DNA from: the human T2T-CHM13v2.0 reference genome, Homo sapiens
Assembly (NCBI RefSeq): GCF_009914755.1
Contig: NC_060933.1
Length of the DNA: 64,000 nucleotides
Strand: one strand, 5' to 3'
In this document: one piece after another, positions 29,300-45,334 of the stretch
How the letters are laid out: every line of letters begins with the position of its first letter
How positions within the stretch are numbered: position 1 is the first letter of the stretch
Notes under the pieces: model-generated
What the model saw: only the letters and a program-made list of their open reading frames with translations
What the model was told of the DNA's origin: nothing
Database searches by the model: none
Program-made: the position numbers and the translations under genes

Positions 29300-29856
29300 T
29301 CTCCATAATAAAGTTCTACTTTATTGACCATGTCTTTTACTTTCTGTATTATGATGTGAGACATTTCTGGGCCTTGCTGACCCTGGAAGGGACTGCCCTC
29401 CCAGGGTTACCTGGTTCCTAGAGATAGTTAATAACTCATCTGAGCGTGTACTTTTCAATACAAGCCAACCAATCCAGAGCCCACACCCCAAATACCTGCT
29501 TTATCAGGTCTTATACTCTTTATCTATCTGCTCTAATCACCCTAAAGCCAGATATGAAACAACTAGGGACAGCCTCTATGCCCCAGAGCCCACTGAAATT
29601 ATTCACGGTGGCCAACCCTAAACCTGCTTATCTTACCCCACTTATTTCTTCCTTCAGAAACCATAATAAGGGTTGTTCCCATAGTTGCTCCCACTACTTC
29701 AGCCCATGATGGACCCCAGCATCTCCCCTTGTTGCCCGTGATGGGGTGGCATGTCTTCTCCTCTTGGGAACTGTGAGAATTCAATGACAATTGTCTCCTG
29801 ATATGTTGGCCTAACTAGACCTCCAATTTTGTATTAGTATAATATATCTTAGAATA
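29300..29856 (+). mobile_element. MER39 (ERV1) solo LTR
   Basis: gggccttgctgaccctggaagggactgccctcccaggg...aaccaatccagagcccacacccc...caactagggacagcc...ctcttgggaactgtgag. Confidence 0.8.
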
Positions 29857-30980
29857 CCTACTCTGTGTGGGAAAAATCTTTACCTGAGCCTTATCCCACT
29901 TACTTGGGAGAGAAATTAAGCAATGCTAGCCTTCCTGTTTCACATGAAGGGTGGGAAAATAAGGGGCATAAACCAAGAAACCTTTGCAAAAGTCATAGCC
30001 CAGGAACACAGGTCAACTAAAAGATTCAGATTTAGTCAGAATATGATAGAACATTTCCCCTCTCCAGCAATTTACCAGATCATCAACAGGGCTTCTGTGT
30101 GATAAGTGCATTACAGCTAAAAGAGCTTCAAGCTATAGATTCTACTTAAGGAAGAGTTTATAGGGAAATGCAAAGAAAACAGGGGAGACAAAATTAAAAC
30201 TAGAGGAATTTGAAACCTCTCTTACCTTCAGCTGCAACAGAAATTAAACATAGTCCAAATCCTAGTTATACTAACATAAAACCCCACACTAAAGGCTGAT
30301 TTACCTTAGTTCCTATTTCCCAACATAGCATGTCTGACTTTCAACAAAAAATTATATGGCATGCTAAAAGACAAGAGAAAATACAGTCTGAAGACACAAA
30401 GCAAGCATTAGAACAAGAATAATGTCTTTTGAAATTATCAGAGAATTTAAAAATAAATATAATTAATATATTAAGAGACCTAATGGAAAACTGAGGTAAC
30501 ATATAAGCCCATATAAGTAATGTAGGAAGACATACAGGAACTCAAGGAAAAATCAAAAGGAAAGGTAAAAATCAAAAACAATGTAAAAAAAATTTTTAAT
30601 GACTTTCTTGGGTCACTCAGTAGATTGGACACAGCTGAGGAAAGAATCAGTGAGCTTAAAGATACATCAATAGAACTTCCAAAACTGAACAACAAAAAGA
30701 AGGATGAAAACAGGAAAAAAGAAAGCAATCCAGAACAGAACATCCAAGACATGGTGCAATTTCAAAAAGTATACATACACACGATGTGAATGCCAAAAGG
30801 AGAAGAAAGAGAGAAATATGTAGAAGAAATATTTGAAATAATAATGGCTGAGAACATTTGAAAACTAATAACAGACACCACACCACAGATCCAGGAATCT
30901 CAGAGAGCACCAAGGATAATTAATAGGAAAAAAAATGCATATTTAAACTGCAGAAAACAAAAGACTAAAAGAAAATCTTC

Positions 30981-31556
<576 letters not shown>

Positions 31557-31853
31557 AGAAAAGAAAAAAATTGAAGAAGCTAGAGAATTCTTTAAAAAAA
31601 TCAAAACTACAGAATAAGAATTACAGACTTCCCTTCTGAAGCCATGCAAGCAAGAAAAAAGCAAGGTGAAATATTTAAAATGTTGAAAGAAAAAAAAAAA
31701 AGAACCACCAACCTAAAATTCTATAATCACTGAACTTACCTGCAGAAGTGAAAAAGAATTAATTTATCAGACAAACAAAAATGGAGGGAATTTGTTGCTG
31801 GGACTGCCTTGCAAGAAATGTTAAAATAAGTTATTTAGGGAAAAGGCAGATTA

Positions 31854-32203
<350 letters not shown>

Positions 32204-32640
32204 GAGTGTCAGGGAAGGAATAAATGAAGGTAAAATAAAACACTAACACTTTCTTCGTATTTTTAATTAATCAGAAGCATAACTATTCACTTGAAGTAAT
32301 AGTAGTTTATACTTTATTATAGTATTTAACTATACTTTATTTATAGTAAACTACTATTAATACTAATAGTAGTTTAACTATACTTTATTAATTACCCTAT
32401 ATGCATGGTTACATATAGGGTAATTCTAGCATATGTATAAGTGAAATAAATGACAGGAATTTTCATAAAGGATGGGAGATATAAGGTACCTATACAACTC
32501 ATACAACACATAAGACAATGAACTTACATTAGTGATCAACATATGTTGCAAATATTAGGGCAACCACTTAAAAAAGTGAAAAAGAATCATAACTGATATG
32601 CTAAAAGAGGAGGTAAAATGGTCAATTAAAATCAGAAAAG

Positions 32641-33028
<388 letters not shown>

Positions 33029-36000
33029 TTAACTAATGCAGCTATATTGATAATAACTTTAAATGGGAAGGGTCTAGATGCACCAATTAAAAGACAAAGA
33101 TTGCCAGAGTGGATCAAAAAGAAAACAAAACCAGTTAATGTTGTCTAAAAGAAAACTGCCTGAATATAAAAACTCAGCTTAGAAGTAAAGCAATGGAGAA
33201 AGATATGTCATGTTAACACAAATCAAAAGACAGCTGGAGTACTATTAATTTCAAACAAAACAGAGTTCAGAAAAAGAAAAATTATCAGAGGTGAAAGTGG
33301 ACATTACAAAGTAATAAAAGTCTCAGTTTTCCAAGAAGATACAATCCTTAACGTGTATGAACCCAGCAACAGAAACCCAAAATATCTGAGGCAAAAAAAC
33401 TGATAAAATTGCAAGGAGAAATATAGTAATCTACTATATAATTGCTGATTTCCATATTCTTCATTCAGTAATTGAATATATCGAAAAGGTAGAAAAACAG
33501 TAAGGATGGAATTGACTTAAATAAGACTATCAGGCAACTTAATCTAATTGACATTTGTATAATAATCCATCTAACTACACTAATACACATTCTTCTCAAG
33601 CTCACATGAAACATTCCCCAAGAGAGACCACATCCTGGGCCATATTTAGTAGAGCTAGAAGTAATACTGGATCATATGCCCCAAATTCTGTTTTCCATTT
33701 ATTTTTTTTTAACTAGATTAGGCCCTCAACAGTTACAAGATACAACATAGTCCTCAATCAGCTTTAGATATGTTAATGCAAAAGCTCTGACCAAGGTTCT
33801 AGAGCTAGAAGCCGAGACTTAGAGGGCTACTTTATTAACAAACAAATGAAAAAGAATGGGGTTCTTATTCAGGATATTCCATTAACATGGCTCAAAGAGG
33901 AGAAAAATGTTGCTAGGAAAGCAATTTAAAATGCCAAATCCATGAAACAGTTCTTTACAAATCAAGTTTACTCAGGAATATAAATAGTTTAAATTCCTCA
34001 AATAAAATGGTTGGACAAATGTATTTCAGTCTTACTATCAAAACAGGAGCAGTAAAATGTGAAAAACACAGTAAGTGGAATCAGAGACTGATTAAACTAG
34101 TGGAAGAAGAAGATTTCCTGTCTTCTTATATATTCAAAGAGATATACATTTGGTAAAAAAGAGATATATTTGAATCCAATTGCTCTCAAAGTGGGCCTTA
34201 CAAAAGGGGGAAATGTTTTAGCCAATATCAGATCAGAAAACGTAATGGAACATAAGGAAATCTAGTAAAAGAAGGGAGCCAAGATCTCAGAAAGACTAAA
34301 ATTATTCACTCAGTAGAAGCCAGAACTCAGGGAAATATTGGGACCACACCCTCTAAAAAGTTATGTACTTAAACTTTAGCAAGAGCTACTGAGAATTACC
34401 TTTTGAAGGTAAAGAAAACTTGGTCAATTGGTTTTGGGCATATTTGCAATCTGGAAAGTCAGATAAAATTCCTAATGAGTTCTAGGTGAATTTCAAAAAG
34501 ATTCATCAGTTTTAGGTGGAGACACAAGTATCACTTTTGTCCTGAGAGCTTGTGTCTAAGGAATGTAGAATGAAAAAAAAAAAAGCACCAAAATGATGAG
34601 GCATGTCAATGTAAAGCCAGTCCTCTGGTAGATGTTGTTCGAAAGGAAGGTATGCCCTGGACTACCAACTGCAAAAGTTGAAGGTGGACAAAGATTTGTT
34701 AAGAATTTCTGTAACTTGCTAGTTTTATCTCAGGATGAAACCAAGAAGAGTCTGTTTAAACAACAGATAATTGGGCCGAAAAGCAGAAGAAAGGAACAAG
34801 AAAAGAGGAGTGTCAGCCTTACATAAAGTAGAGAAGGAAAGAGACCAGAGAAGTGAACATGTTACAAACTCTGACAGGTGTTCAGTGAAAGAGAAGGAAG
34901 GGTAATGCTAGGGGTAATAGAATGCATGGCTAAGGTTCTGAGCATCACAAAGCTCCTCAGGCAAACATTTTCAAGAGCAGCTTCTCACAAATATTTTTCA
35001 AGGGTAGTATGGATTAAATAAAGGAATGTAGGTGAAGCGTGATTAAGGTTCTATCATTGGCAGCACTCAGACCTCGTTCATCCTAAGAATGCACAAAAAT
35101 ATAAGGAACAAAGGAGAAACGGAAATTTGAAAGTTTTTAAGATTCTGAGTGAGAAGAAAATGCATCCAAAATAAGACCTGGTTGGATGCCATTCATGCAA
35201 GCATCTAAACCTTGCAATAAAAAAAGAATATCCCCGACCTCACTTTTGCAGACAGAGATATTTTCAACCTTTTGCACCAAAATATCTCCGGTTGAGAGTT
35301 TTTTTTAAGTTCACAAGTGAAAGACTTTGGTCTAGACTGACTTTTTGCAGAGCAGAAATCTTGACTTTTTTTCATCTGTCTTCCTTTTCTCAGGTAACAC
35401 TGAGTCCTTAATACCGTCTTTGGCAACACTTAAGTGCTGAGTTCTAGGATCATAATTTTAACCAGGACAACTGCTTTAAGAGGTAGAGGCTCATTGCATT
35501 TAAATTTCACAGGCATCCGGGCAGTAGTGTGAAAATCTCATATATCCTATTAGCTTTCGAGGTCTTTAAACCTGAAGCTCATGAGAAATTTGCATTAAAG
35601 TAATGCAGCTTTTGAGGCTCTGAAAAAACAGCAGAGGCTAAAAAGCTTCTGAAGGATTCCAAGTGTTGAGAACATTTCTGACTAAGCCTGAACAAAATAT
35701 GACTTTTAGGAGGGTATTAATTTCTCTGGACTTTGAGCTTTTAACTCACATGGGTTAAGAAGATTTGATTGCAGGTTATAAGTTACTTGGGTATAGGATT
35801 TTAACTGCAAAGGAATTTAATCTTTATTAAATTCTTCTTGGATTTTGACTATAAAAGGGCATTCATACTATTATCAATGGCAAGAACTGCATTTAGTTTT
35901 GCACCAACCTAATAAAATGTGAGATATCTCTAGATTGTTGGATTTTCTACATGTTGATTTTTAATCTTTGTATAGTACTTTGAATGGGCTTTCCTAGACA

Positions 36001-36574
36001 ACACAGCCAAACAGGTCTTCGGTTACAGCAGTGTCTTAGAATTAATGTAATTGTGTGCCATTTTGATCCATGTTAGGGCTTTCTTAGAACAAATCTGAAA
36101 TAACCAATAGTGGACCCAAGATAATCTAAAAAGGAAAAGCTGTTGGTATTAACATCGTAAAGGTGGAAATAGGCTGGGCTATATTCCCAGACTGTTGCTT
36201 TAGCTGACTGGTAAATCTGATGGAAGAAAGTAAGCACTTATGCCTCAGCCCTCTCTCCTTCCTTGGACCCACCTTCTCATGAAGAAAGAATATCTGAGTT
36301 ATTTCAGGATGTAAGCTTTACATGTCAATGCCAGTTATTCAAATCTATCTAATTATGGGATGCTTATTAGCAATGAATTTCCATCCAGCCTGAAACCATA
36401 CCCTTCAAAATAAAACTTGTAATAATGTTAATATTTTGGTTTCTGTATGAATACTGTGACTCTCAGTTGGTTCCAAACTCAAGGAACAGGATTGCTACTT
36501 ATTAGCCCCCTAAACTCCAATAACATGAAACATAATTTATCTTTTTCTGATGATTTCCAGAAAATGATTTTGTT

Positions 36575-37065
36575 GTGTTGATCAGTTAGTAATATTTTTG
36601 GCCACAAGTAACAGAAAACCTATCTCAATTATTTAAATAAATAGAGGTTTATTTTTCTTGTGTAAATTACAATATGGAGGTGTGTGACAGTTGGCAACGA
36701 TTCAACACATCAAAGGTATGAAAGATGATGTTTCAGAAATCTATGTTTACCTTCCCTGCAAGATCACAAGATGTTATCACAGCTGCAAACATCATAGTCA
36801 CATTTAAGTCATTAAAAAAGAAGTGGGGGTTGGGGAGAAGAGGAGAGAAATGTCAGCTACTTCTCTCTCTTTTATCAGGAATGTAAAAGTCTTTTCAGAA
36901 CTTTTCCAACATATTTGTTCATGCTGTGTCATGTGGTCACTTCTTACTGCCAGGAATGCTGGGAAAATGAGTAATGGGTTTTTCTAGCCTTTATGGTAGA
37001 AGGTAACAAATGCAATAGGGGCTGGTAATGCCTATAATAACAGTCAACAAATAGTGTCAGCCACA
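36575..37065 (-). mobile_element. Old MLT1 (J/K/L-type) MaLR LTR
   Basis: tcagttag...ggccacaagtaacagaaaacc...tcatgtggtcacttcttactgccaggaatgctgggaaaatgagta...gtcagccaca. Confidence 0.6.
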
Positions 37066-39078
37066 TATGGGCATTGATGCTTTCAGAGGCTTTTGAATGG
37101 ATAAAGTATTTTCCTACATTTGGGTAAAGATTTATTGTGGATGTTAATTTTCTCTCTCATTTTTTGTTCTTTTTTTGTGTATTACCATCTGTTTTTAATC
37201 TACTGCCTTACTTTTAAGAACTATATTGCTTGATGATAATTCTTTTATGGAAAAAAAAGTTCATGAGCTTTATGATATTTTTTCCTCATACTGAGGGTAC
37301 TTTTTTCTTTTATTCTTGTTTTATATGTCTGTCCAGGGTCATTAATGTTACTGGATGTCACAGTGGTATTATTTTTGAAGTTAAAAAAATTCCCATTTTT
37401 ATTTTTTTCTAGCTGGTCATATTTTAGGTTTTACAAGAAGAAAAGTCTATCATATTCAAGAGGTTATTTATTCAAATTCTGATAATACTTGGTAAAGGTT
37501 ATTCAAAATGTGTTTTTGTTTTATTTTGTGTTGCCTTTGTTGTGACATTGTCACCACTTTTCCCCCTCATCTCTTGAAGCTTAGTAAAATAGTATAAGGT
37601 GCTAGCCCTACAAATTTAATTCAAATGTTTGGCTAATTTTGAATTTCATCCAGATCGACATGGGATTCACAATAGATTTATGTCCTGTTTTTCATGAGAA
37701 CTTAAAAGCATGTCCATTAAGATTTTTCTCCCCTTCCAACTTTGAAATATTTTACGAATAGAATGGTATTACATTATGATGTAATGTCTGTTGACTTTGC
37801 AGAGATTATTTTTAGATGTCTTGCTCTGGATTAGCACTGGCAAAAACTTGTTAAATCTGAGTGGATTTGTTTACAACATTAACTATTATAAATGTAAGTC
37901 CACCTTTTGTAAGCTTCCTGCTTCATTTGGCTAAAGAAAAAGTACAACGTCATGTGTGGAATTTAATAATTTGCTTGCACAAGGACTTTAGGTCTTTCCA
38001 GAAAAGGAAATTTTAAGAGAATTTAGCCTTTAAAATAAAAGCTAGCATATCTAGCATAAATAAAAAGGGTTGCTTTTCATGTATGAATTTTTCACATAAC
38101 CATTCATTTTCAAGTTTTCCACATGTGTCTTACATATAGATCACAAGATGGAAAAGGAGCATAATAACAGTAAGCAGTCCTCAGAAAAATGCCGTACATC
38201 ACTTTTGCACAAGCTCTCTGCCAGAATAATTCGTGCAGAATCTGCCTCTCATTATGGATACAAGACAGGCCTTTTGCTCTGTGTGTGCACCAACTGCATC
38301 CCACCACCAGAATAGACAAGCGCACAGAGCAGGGCTGGCAGTGACACTGAGGCACTTGCTGTCTTTACTTGCTGTTTGGAACCAAGGCTGCCAGACCACT
38401 GCTAACATTGATTGCCGTTCACACTTCATTTGAGTGGGTTTGCATTTGGATGCAGTCTTCATTTTCACCTTTCTTGCTATTTCCTGAGGAAAATGAGCAA
38501 TTCAGTGAGTCTGGTGTGCTTTTCAATTCTAGGATTGTTCACTGACCCTCTTTCTTTATAAAAGAAAGGTCTGCATATTTGAAACTTGTTAGATAAAAGG
38601 GTGCTCTATTCAACTCCTGCATTTTTCAAATAGCTTTTTCTTCTTTTATTATTATTTTTTCTTTCCTTACTTAGCTTACGAGCTGTGTGAGTGGTTGCTA
38701 ACTAATAGCATTAGATACATAAACTCATCATTTATCTACAGGATGAGGACAAAAATAAACTAGAGAAAATGACTGTACATTAGTTTGTGGTAAGTTTGAA
38801 CCGGACTTAAAAGAGGTCCCTGAGGAAAAGTTATTGACATACATGTGAGTACATGATTCTTTCCACCGAGATGGAGCAACCTGTTTTCTTCCTCACAAGG
38901 ACTTGGCATCGGTCAGTGGGTTTTAGAAATGTCACTCTGTAGTCAATTCACTTCAAAGCTATGAGAATGCTGCCGATACTCATTTGATTTTTTAAAAAGC
39001 TAAAACTTAATTTAATAATGTCAGACTGCATCAGAATTCTGAACTCTTCTTTCTGCACTAATCTCAGGAAATATAAAC

Positions 39079-39080
39079 CA

Positions 39081-39114
<34 letters not shown>
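39079..39114. repeat. (CA)n microsatellite
   Basis: Direct reading. Confidence 0.95.
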
Positions 39115-39604
39115 TTTTTGTGGTTGTTGTTCATGGAAAGAACCTGGTTAATATGAAGCGGCAAAGAAAATTGACCTGAATTCTCCAGATTAATTAACTG
39201 TCTGGCGCAAACCACCCTGACAATTAGTCACTTCTACACTTTATTTCTATCGTGTTTTTCTCCAAAATTTTGTGCAATCAAAAGACTGTGAGAAAACTTA
39301 ATAGATTATTTTAATTATGAGATAAATTCATATCTTGTGATTAGAGGAAAAGCAGCTTCTTTTGAAATTAAACTCAGATCTCAAGGCCTTTGTGTGTCTT
39401 CATTCTTCCACCTGGCAATATTTTCCTGCTTTTTCCCATTCTTTTCTCCTTTATTCCCAAGTGGATCCAGCGTGCCTTCAAGACTTGGCTCAGATGTCTC
39501 AGTGATTACTTCTTTCACTGTTTCTATTCATTCATTTGAAAAGTGAAAATACTAAAAATACAAATGTATTTAGTATAGAAATGCTCTTTGTTATAAGATA
39601 TAGT

Positions 39605-39895
39605 CTTTGTCCTATGGAGCAAGTCCACTTGACATGCGGCCAGTCTAAATTGAGATGTGCTGTCAGTATAATATGCACACCGAATTTTGAAGACCCAGAA
39701 AGTAAACACAAAATTTATGACTTATTAATAATATTTCATGTTATAATGAGATAATATAATAAAATACTTCAAGATGCAGGGTAAAATAAAATAAGTTATT
39801 AAAATTAACTTCACCTATTCCTTTCTGTTTTTAACATGGTTATCAGAAAATTTAAAATTACAAATGTGGCTGGCATCAGATTCTATTTGACAACT
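39605..39895. mobile_element. MER33 hAT-Charlie element
   Basis: aattgagatgtgctgtcagtataatatgcacaccgaattttgaagac...aaaatttaaaattacaaatgtggctggcat. Confidence 0.8.
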
Positions 39896-40722
39896 TACCC
39901 TAGACTATGAACATCCTCAGAATAAGGATTATGTTTTCCTAATTTCTGTATTTAAATACCAATTACATAGAGAATGAACAGGTGCGATAAATGTCTTAAC
40001 TGAATATGTATTTTAATAGCCATCATTAACGTTCTAGAGCTAAGAACAAGATGCTAATTTGCAGTGTCAAAAGTTACTTTAGGATTGAAACATTTGATGC
40101 TGTAATTTTTTTGTATTTATTTTTTAAGATATAACAGTTTGGGAACAACTCTAATGTTTTCTTTGCACAGATGATTTGATTTAGTTCCTTCTACATCCTG
40201 TTTGTTCGTGCCCACAATCCTTTCACCGTTATTTGGCCTGGCACATTATACAGAGATGACTTTCCTCAAATACTGCCTGATTGTTCAGCAGAGGGCCAAA
40301 TGCTGTATCCTGATTTTGCCTGGTAGGATCATGAGCTAGAGATGTAATGAAAAAGATAGCAGGTAATAGGACAAGGCTTGAGCAAATCTGTTCATTTACC
40401 ACTGGCATTCCAATTAGCTGTCCAGCAAGCCTCAGGAGATTCCCAAATCCATTTTTCATGACTTGTATAATGGAGAGCAAAGTCTCTAGGAAATTTGTTA
40501 TTGCTTTGGGAAGCCCAAAAAGTAGGTAATATATCATTTACTAGTGGCTTCTAGAATCTCAGTTCAGCCTCTTAAGACTTCAGGATTTGGATTTTGCTTT
40601 TTATTTATTTATTTATTTATTGGCAAAAGGTGGAGAGATGAGGACTGTGACTGATTCTTATTTGCTGCAGTCCCAAAATCAATAACTGATCAAGGAGACT
40701 AATGAGATATATCAACTAAATA

Positions 40723-41076
40723 CAGATTGAGAATCCTTCATCCAAAAATCAAAAATCAAAAATGTTGCAAAATTCAAAATTTTGGGGGCAGTGACATAAT
40801 GCTCCAGGTATAAAAATTCACACCCGATCTCATGTGATGGGTTCCAACTATAGGTTCTTATCATGCACAAAATTATTTAAAATTGTATAAAATTACCTTC
40901 AGGCTATACATATATATGATGTATATATAAAACATCAATGAATTTCATGTTTAGAGTTGAGTCCCATCCCCAAGACATTTCAGCACAGACATGCAAATAT
41001 TCCCAAATCCCAAGAATATGAAACATGAAACATTAGCATTTTGTTTCAGAATTTTGCATAAGGGATACTCAATCTG
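40723..41076. mobile_element. Tigger4b/MER46-type TcMar MITE inserted in an L1ME relic
   Basis: TIRs cagattgagaatccttcatccaaaa / ttttgcataagggatactcaatctg, with TA target duplications on both sides. Confidence 0.88.
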
Positions 41077-44000
41077 TACCACATACAATCCTGGATTTGA
41101 TTTTGGGTTAAAAAAAGAATATTCCTGGGACAATTCACATAAGTTGAATAAAGTCTGTAAAATAATAATAATTAATGTTAATTTCCTAATTTAGATTATT
41201 GTACTGTTGTTATGTATGTACATTTACATTCATATTACCATATTTTCAGAAAGTACATTTTTCACATTTTATGAAATTCTGAATTCTTGACCACTTGAAG
41301 TTTGCTGATTTTTTCTAAATTCCACAGTTATATTTTTATAATTCTATTTATAACTATAATTATATAATATTTAAAATATATTCATATTTAATTTTCTGAA
41401 CAATATAGGCTTCTTCTGGTGGCCAAGTAATATTTCATAAATTATTTCAGATATTAATATAGTTTTAATCTGATGAATAAGGCTATATATATATTGAAAT
41501 GAAGTTAAACCAAACATATATATGGATTTTCCATTATGTTTTTTCTGTTTCAACTTAAAATATGCATGTTCCACCCAAACTATCTCTTTAAATATGCTTC
41601 AAAAATTTCAAGTTGCTCTTAGAATCCTGAGGAGATATCACATTTCATTTTATGGTAATTAACTTTCATTCCTGACTTGGGGTACTAGGAGTTATTTAAC
41701 TGTTTCTAGGGACAAAGTGAAAATTTTAGAAGGAATCTATGCTGACAGTATAAAACAGAGACAATAAAGGGGAGAGACTGGGATTGCAATTGCACGACCA
41801 ATGATGGGACCATAACTAGAACAGTGGCAATAAGAACAAAACAGAGAGTCCCGTTATCACAGCCATTTCAGAAGCGGCATTGCACTATTGGAACGCCCAC
41901 GTTGAGGCAGAGAGAACTCATCTTTTCACTAGACTTGCCAAGACTGGTGACTCAGAGGCCTGAGAGAAGGTGTCCAACAAACAGCATGGAGGGAAGTATT
42001 TTTGCATTATTTTATTGATGCTCAACGTTTGAAAAGTTTTTAAAATATATATACTCTTTAGGATACATTTTCTGTAAAACTTTAGGTACGAGTCCAGTAT
42101 AGCTAAAGGGAATTTGCTTGGAGAAATGTGTGAATCAATTAAGAGGGTGCTCCTGTGAGATCAGAGTCACCCACATAGATCTGTAAGACTGAAAATGTTT
42201 TATAGAAACCACACTCACTATGGCCACTGTATTCTTTAATTTTTCAGATTTTCCACAGGAAGAAAATACTCAGCTTTAGAATATTAGCACATAAGGAAAG
42301 GGCAGCTGATATTTTCCCAAAATGTCATAATTTATTTTTGCCTATTTATATCATATGGTAAAAATATTTCTTGACAGATAATAGGAAAAAAAGAGAGAGT
42401 GAGAGATATTGGGGAAGGGAAGGAAGGGAGAGAAACAGCAAGGAAGGATGGATCATCTGTTCCAATATAAATCACATGTAAAACAACCCGGAAAATAACT
42501 GATTGAGTCAAAGGCAGATATGAGAGCTTAAAATGTTAGTCACTATCAAAAGTCTTCTTTTCATCAAAAGCTGACAGCAACTGGCCAAGGCCTTCACTAA
42601 GTGATGTGCTAAAGAATCTCCAGCCAAGAGGCAAAAATGAATAAAGCGAAAATTACTGCTATTACCCTGAGTTGAAGATGACCGATCAGGCCAAGTCGAC
42701 CTGTGAGGATTGAAAGTCAGTGAGCCAAAAGCTGCTGTCAGAGACCCAGCCTGCTCTGAATCCCAGGAATCCTCCTTCACCCATCAGCAATAATCACTGC
42801 TAAAGGCCTGTCATCCTCTGCTTTTCGTCATAGCTAATCAGCACACAGGAGTGCCCACAACCACACCATATCATACTCTCCTTAGTCCAAACTTGAAAAC
42901 TGCCATTGTCCTTTAAAATCTGACCTTTATAGAGATTTACTTTCCTCAATTTCCAAATTCTCTTTAGTATTTCTTTCCACCCTCAAAAACAAACAAACAA
43001 AAACCCTTGACTCTGAATTAGCGATTATATCTTAGTATTGTTTTTTATATACCCTTGATTTAGATTATCTTTCATCTTAAGTGACATGAAATCATTCTTT
43101 GATAGCTTCATTTAACCAAACTCCTATTTGTATTTTAACTGGTGGTGGTACAGTGGTTTTGCTGTTTATATCCACGGAGTATTTGGCTATTTTTCCCAAG
43201 AATCTTTCACCTCTTCATCACCTCCACTCCTGACACAGACGCATACACACACAACATATAGTACACACACAACACACAACTTTTTATTTCACTGTCTGCT
43301 AAAGTGAGTGAGTTTGCTTTACCAAATAGCTGACTAGATGTCAGATTTGAAGTGGGTGGTGCCGAAGATAATTCTAAGCATTCTGGGCTTAGGAATTAAG
43401 AGGGTAACTCAAATTCTATGAAAATGCATCCTTTTGTGTTATGCATTCAGCAGTCATTCTCCCCAGCAAAGGGGAGTTAACTCAGGCAATGACAGGCTCT
43501 CTTGAGCTATTACATGCAAACTCCATTAATCCTTCAAACAAAAAGAGGGGCTGAACAAGTCTTAGTTCCAGATGTGTCTCTTCCTGCCAGCCCGTCCTGC
43601 CCAGATACAGGTACCAAAATTCTGCCCTTGACAGGCCTGACCCTGCTAGTTCATACACCCATGAAAATCTAGCCTGGCTGTGGGATAAGCACAACTGCCC
43701 TATGAACACTCAAACCTGGAAGCATCTTCTGTGTCTGGGGAGAATTTATTCCTCTGAGGCTCTCATGGCAACTCACAAGGCTGCCACTGTACCTAATCCC
43801 AAATGTGTGTGGCTGTTCTGTCTGACTCTCCCCATGACCAGGGCTCTGAGTCCAAATCTCCAAAATGGCTTCCTCATTATGGGTCCCACAAACTGAAGCT
43901 TAACCCCAATGACCTTGATTGTTTCTACCAATGACATCTCACAGGGTTCGATCCTGCTCCTCAAATCAACCCATACCCCTGACACTGAGAACTGCTTCCA

Positions 44001-44222
44001 CTCAGAGTGCAGCCACCCCAGAATAGTGGCTCTTAACGCTAGGTGTGCATCAGAATCCACTCAAAGTTCAATTCCCTTTCCTCCAAATAAGAAATAGTGA
44101 CTTAGGTAGCAAGGCCAGACCCAGGACAATATGATTACAATTATGTGCAATTCCAAACAATTCTAGTTTGAAAGCTGTTGCAAACATTTTTAGAAGTGAT
44201 CAGGCTACAAATCATTAAATAA

Positions 44223-44634
<412 letters not shown>

Positions 44635-44979
44635 CAGTGAATCTCCTTTCTACTCCTCTACTAATTTCTCCTGAATCTCATGCTATCTGATACTTCTCAG
44701 CTCTCCTGACCTACCAGGACTGTTGTCATGGCAAGCTAACAGCACTATACAAAAGCAAACCTTATAAACCATTTGTCCTACCTCATCTCACAACACAGTT
44801 CCTGCTTTGTTTTGTTTTGTTTTGTTTCTAATCTCTCTGGCATTTGACCTCAGGATTCATCTGGACTCACTACTACTTATGGTTAGCTCTGATTCTGCAG
44901 CTGAAGGACTCACTTCTTTTCTTCTCTATGAATTCAACTTTCCCCCCAGAACAACAACCTTTAACTATAAACTGTCCTT

Positions 44980-45334
44980 GATATTATCTGAGTCTGTTTG
45001 TGCTGCTATAACAAAATATCTAAGAGTGAGTAATTTATAAGCAACAAAAACTTCCCTTCTGAAGCCTGAAAAGTCCAAGATTAAGGCACTGTCAGATTTG
45101 GTGTATGGTGAGGGTTAGTTCCGCATAGATAGCACCATCTATGTGTCCTCACATGGTGGAAAGGATGGAAAAGCAAAGAGCAAAAATGGTCTTAGAGTGA
45201 TCTCTTCAACCGCCTTCATAAAAGGGGAGCCCTCATGACGATCACTTCCCCAAAGGCCCCACATCTTGATACCATCACCTTGGGGTTTAAATCTCAGCGT
45301 AAGAATTTTGGAGGAAAACTCATTCAAGCCACAC
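44980..45334 (-). mobile_element. MaLR solo LTR (MLT1A/MSTD-type)
   Basis: tctgtttgtgctgctataacaaaatatc...agtccaagattaaggcact...tcacttccccaaaggccccacatcttgataccatcaccttgggg. Confidence 0.85.

Noticed and set aside
33780-35000. Purine-rich stretch with faint CR1/L3 endonuclease-like peptide (TAK...QRFV...LSQ)
   Set aside because: Similarity too weak to call without a profile search.
35362-35400. + strand polypyrimidine-CAG|GTAACA recursive-like site
   Set aside because: The regenerated donor is weak; similar weak cases occur at ~879 and ~4149.
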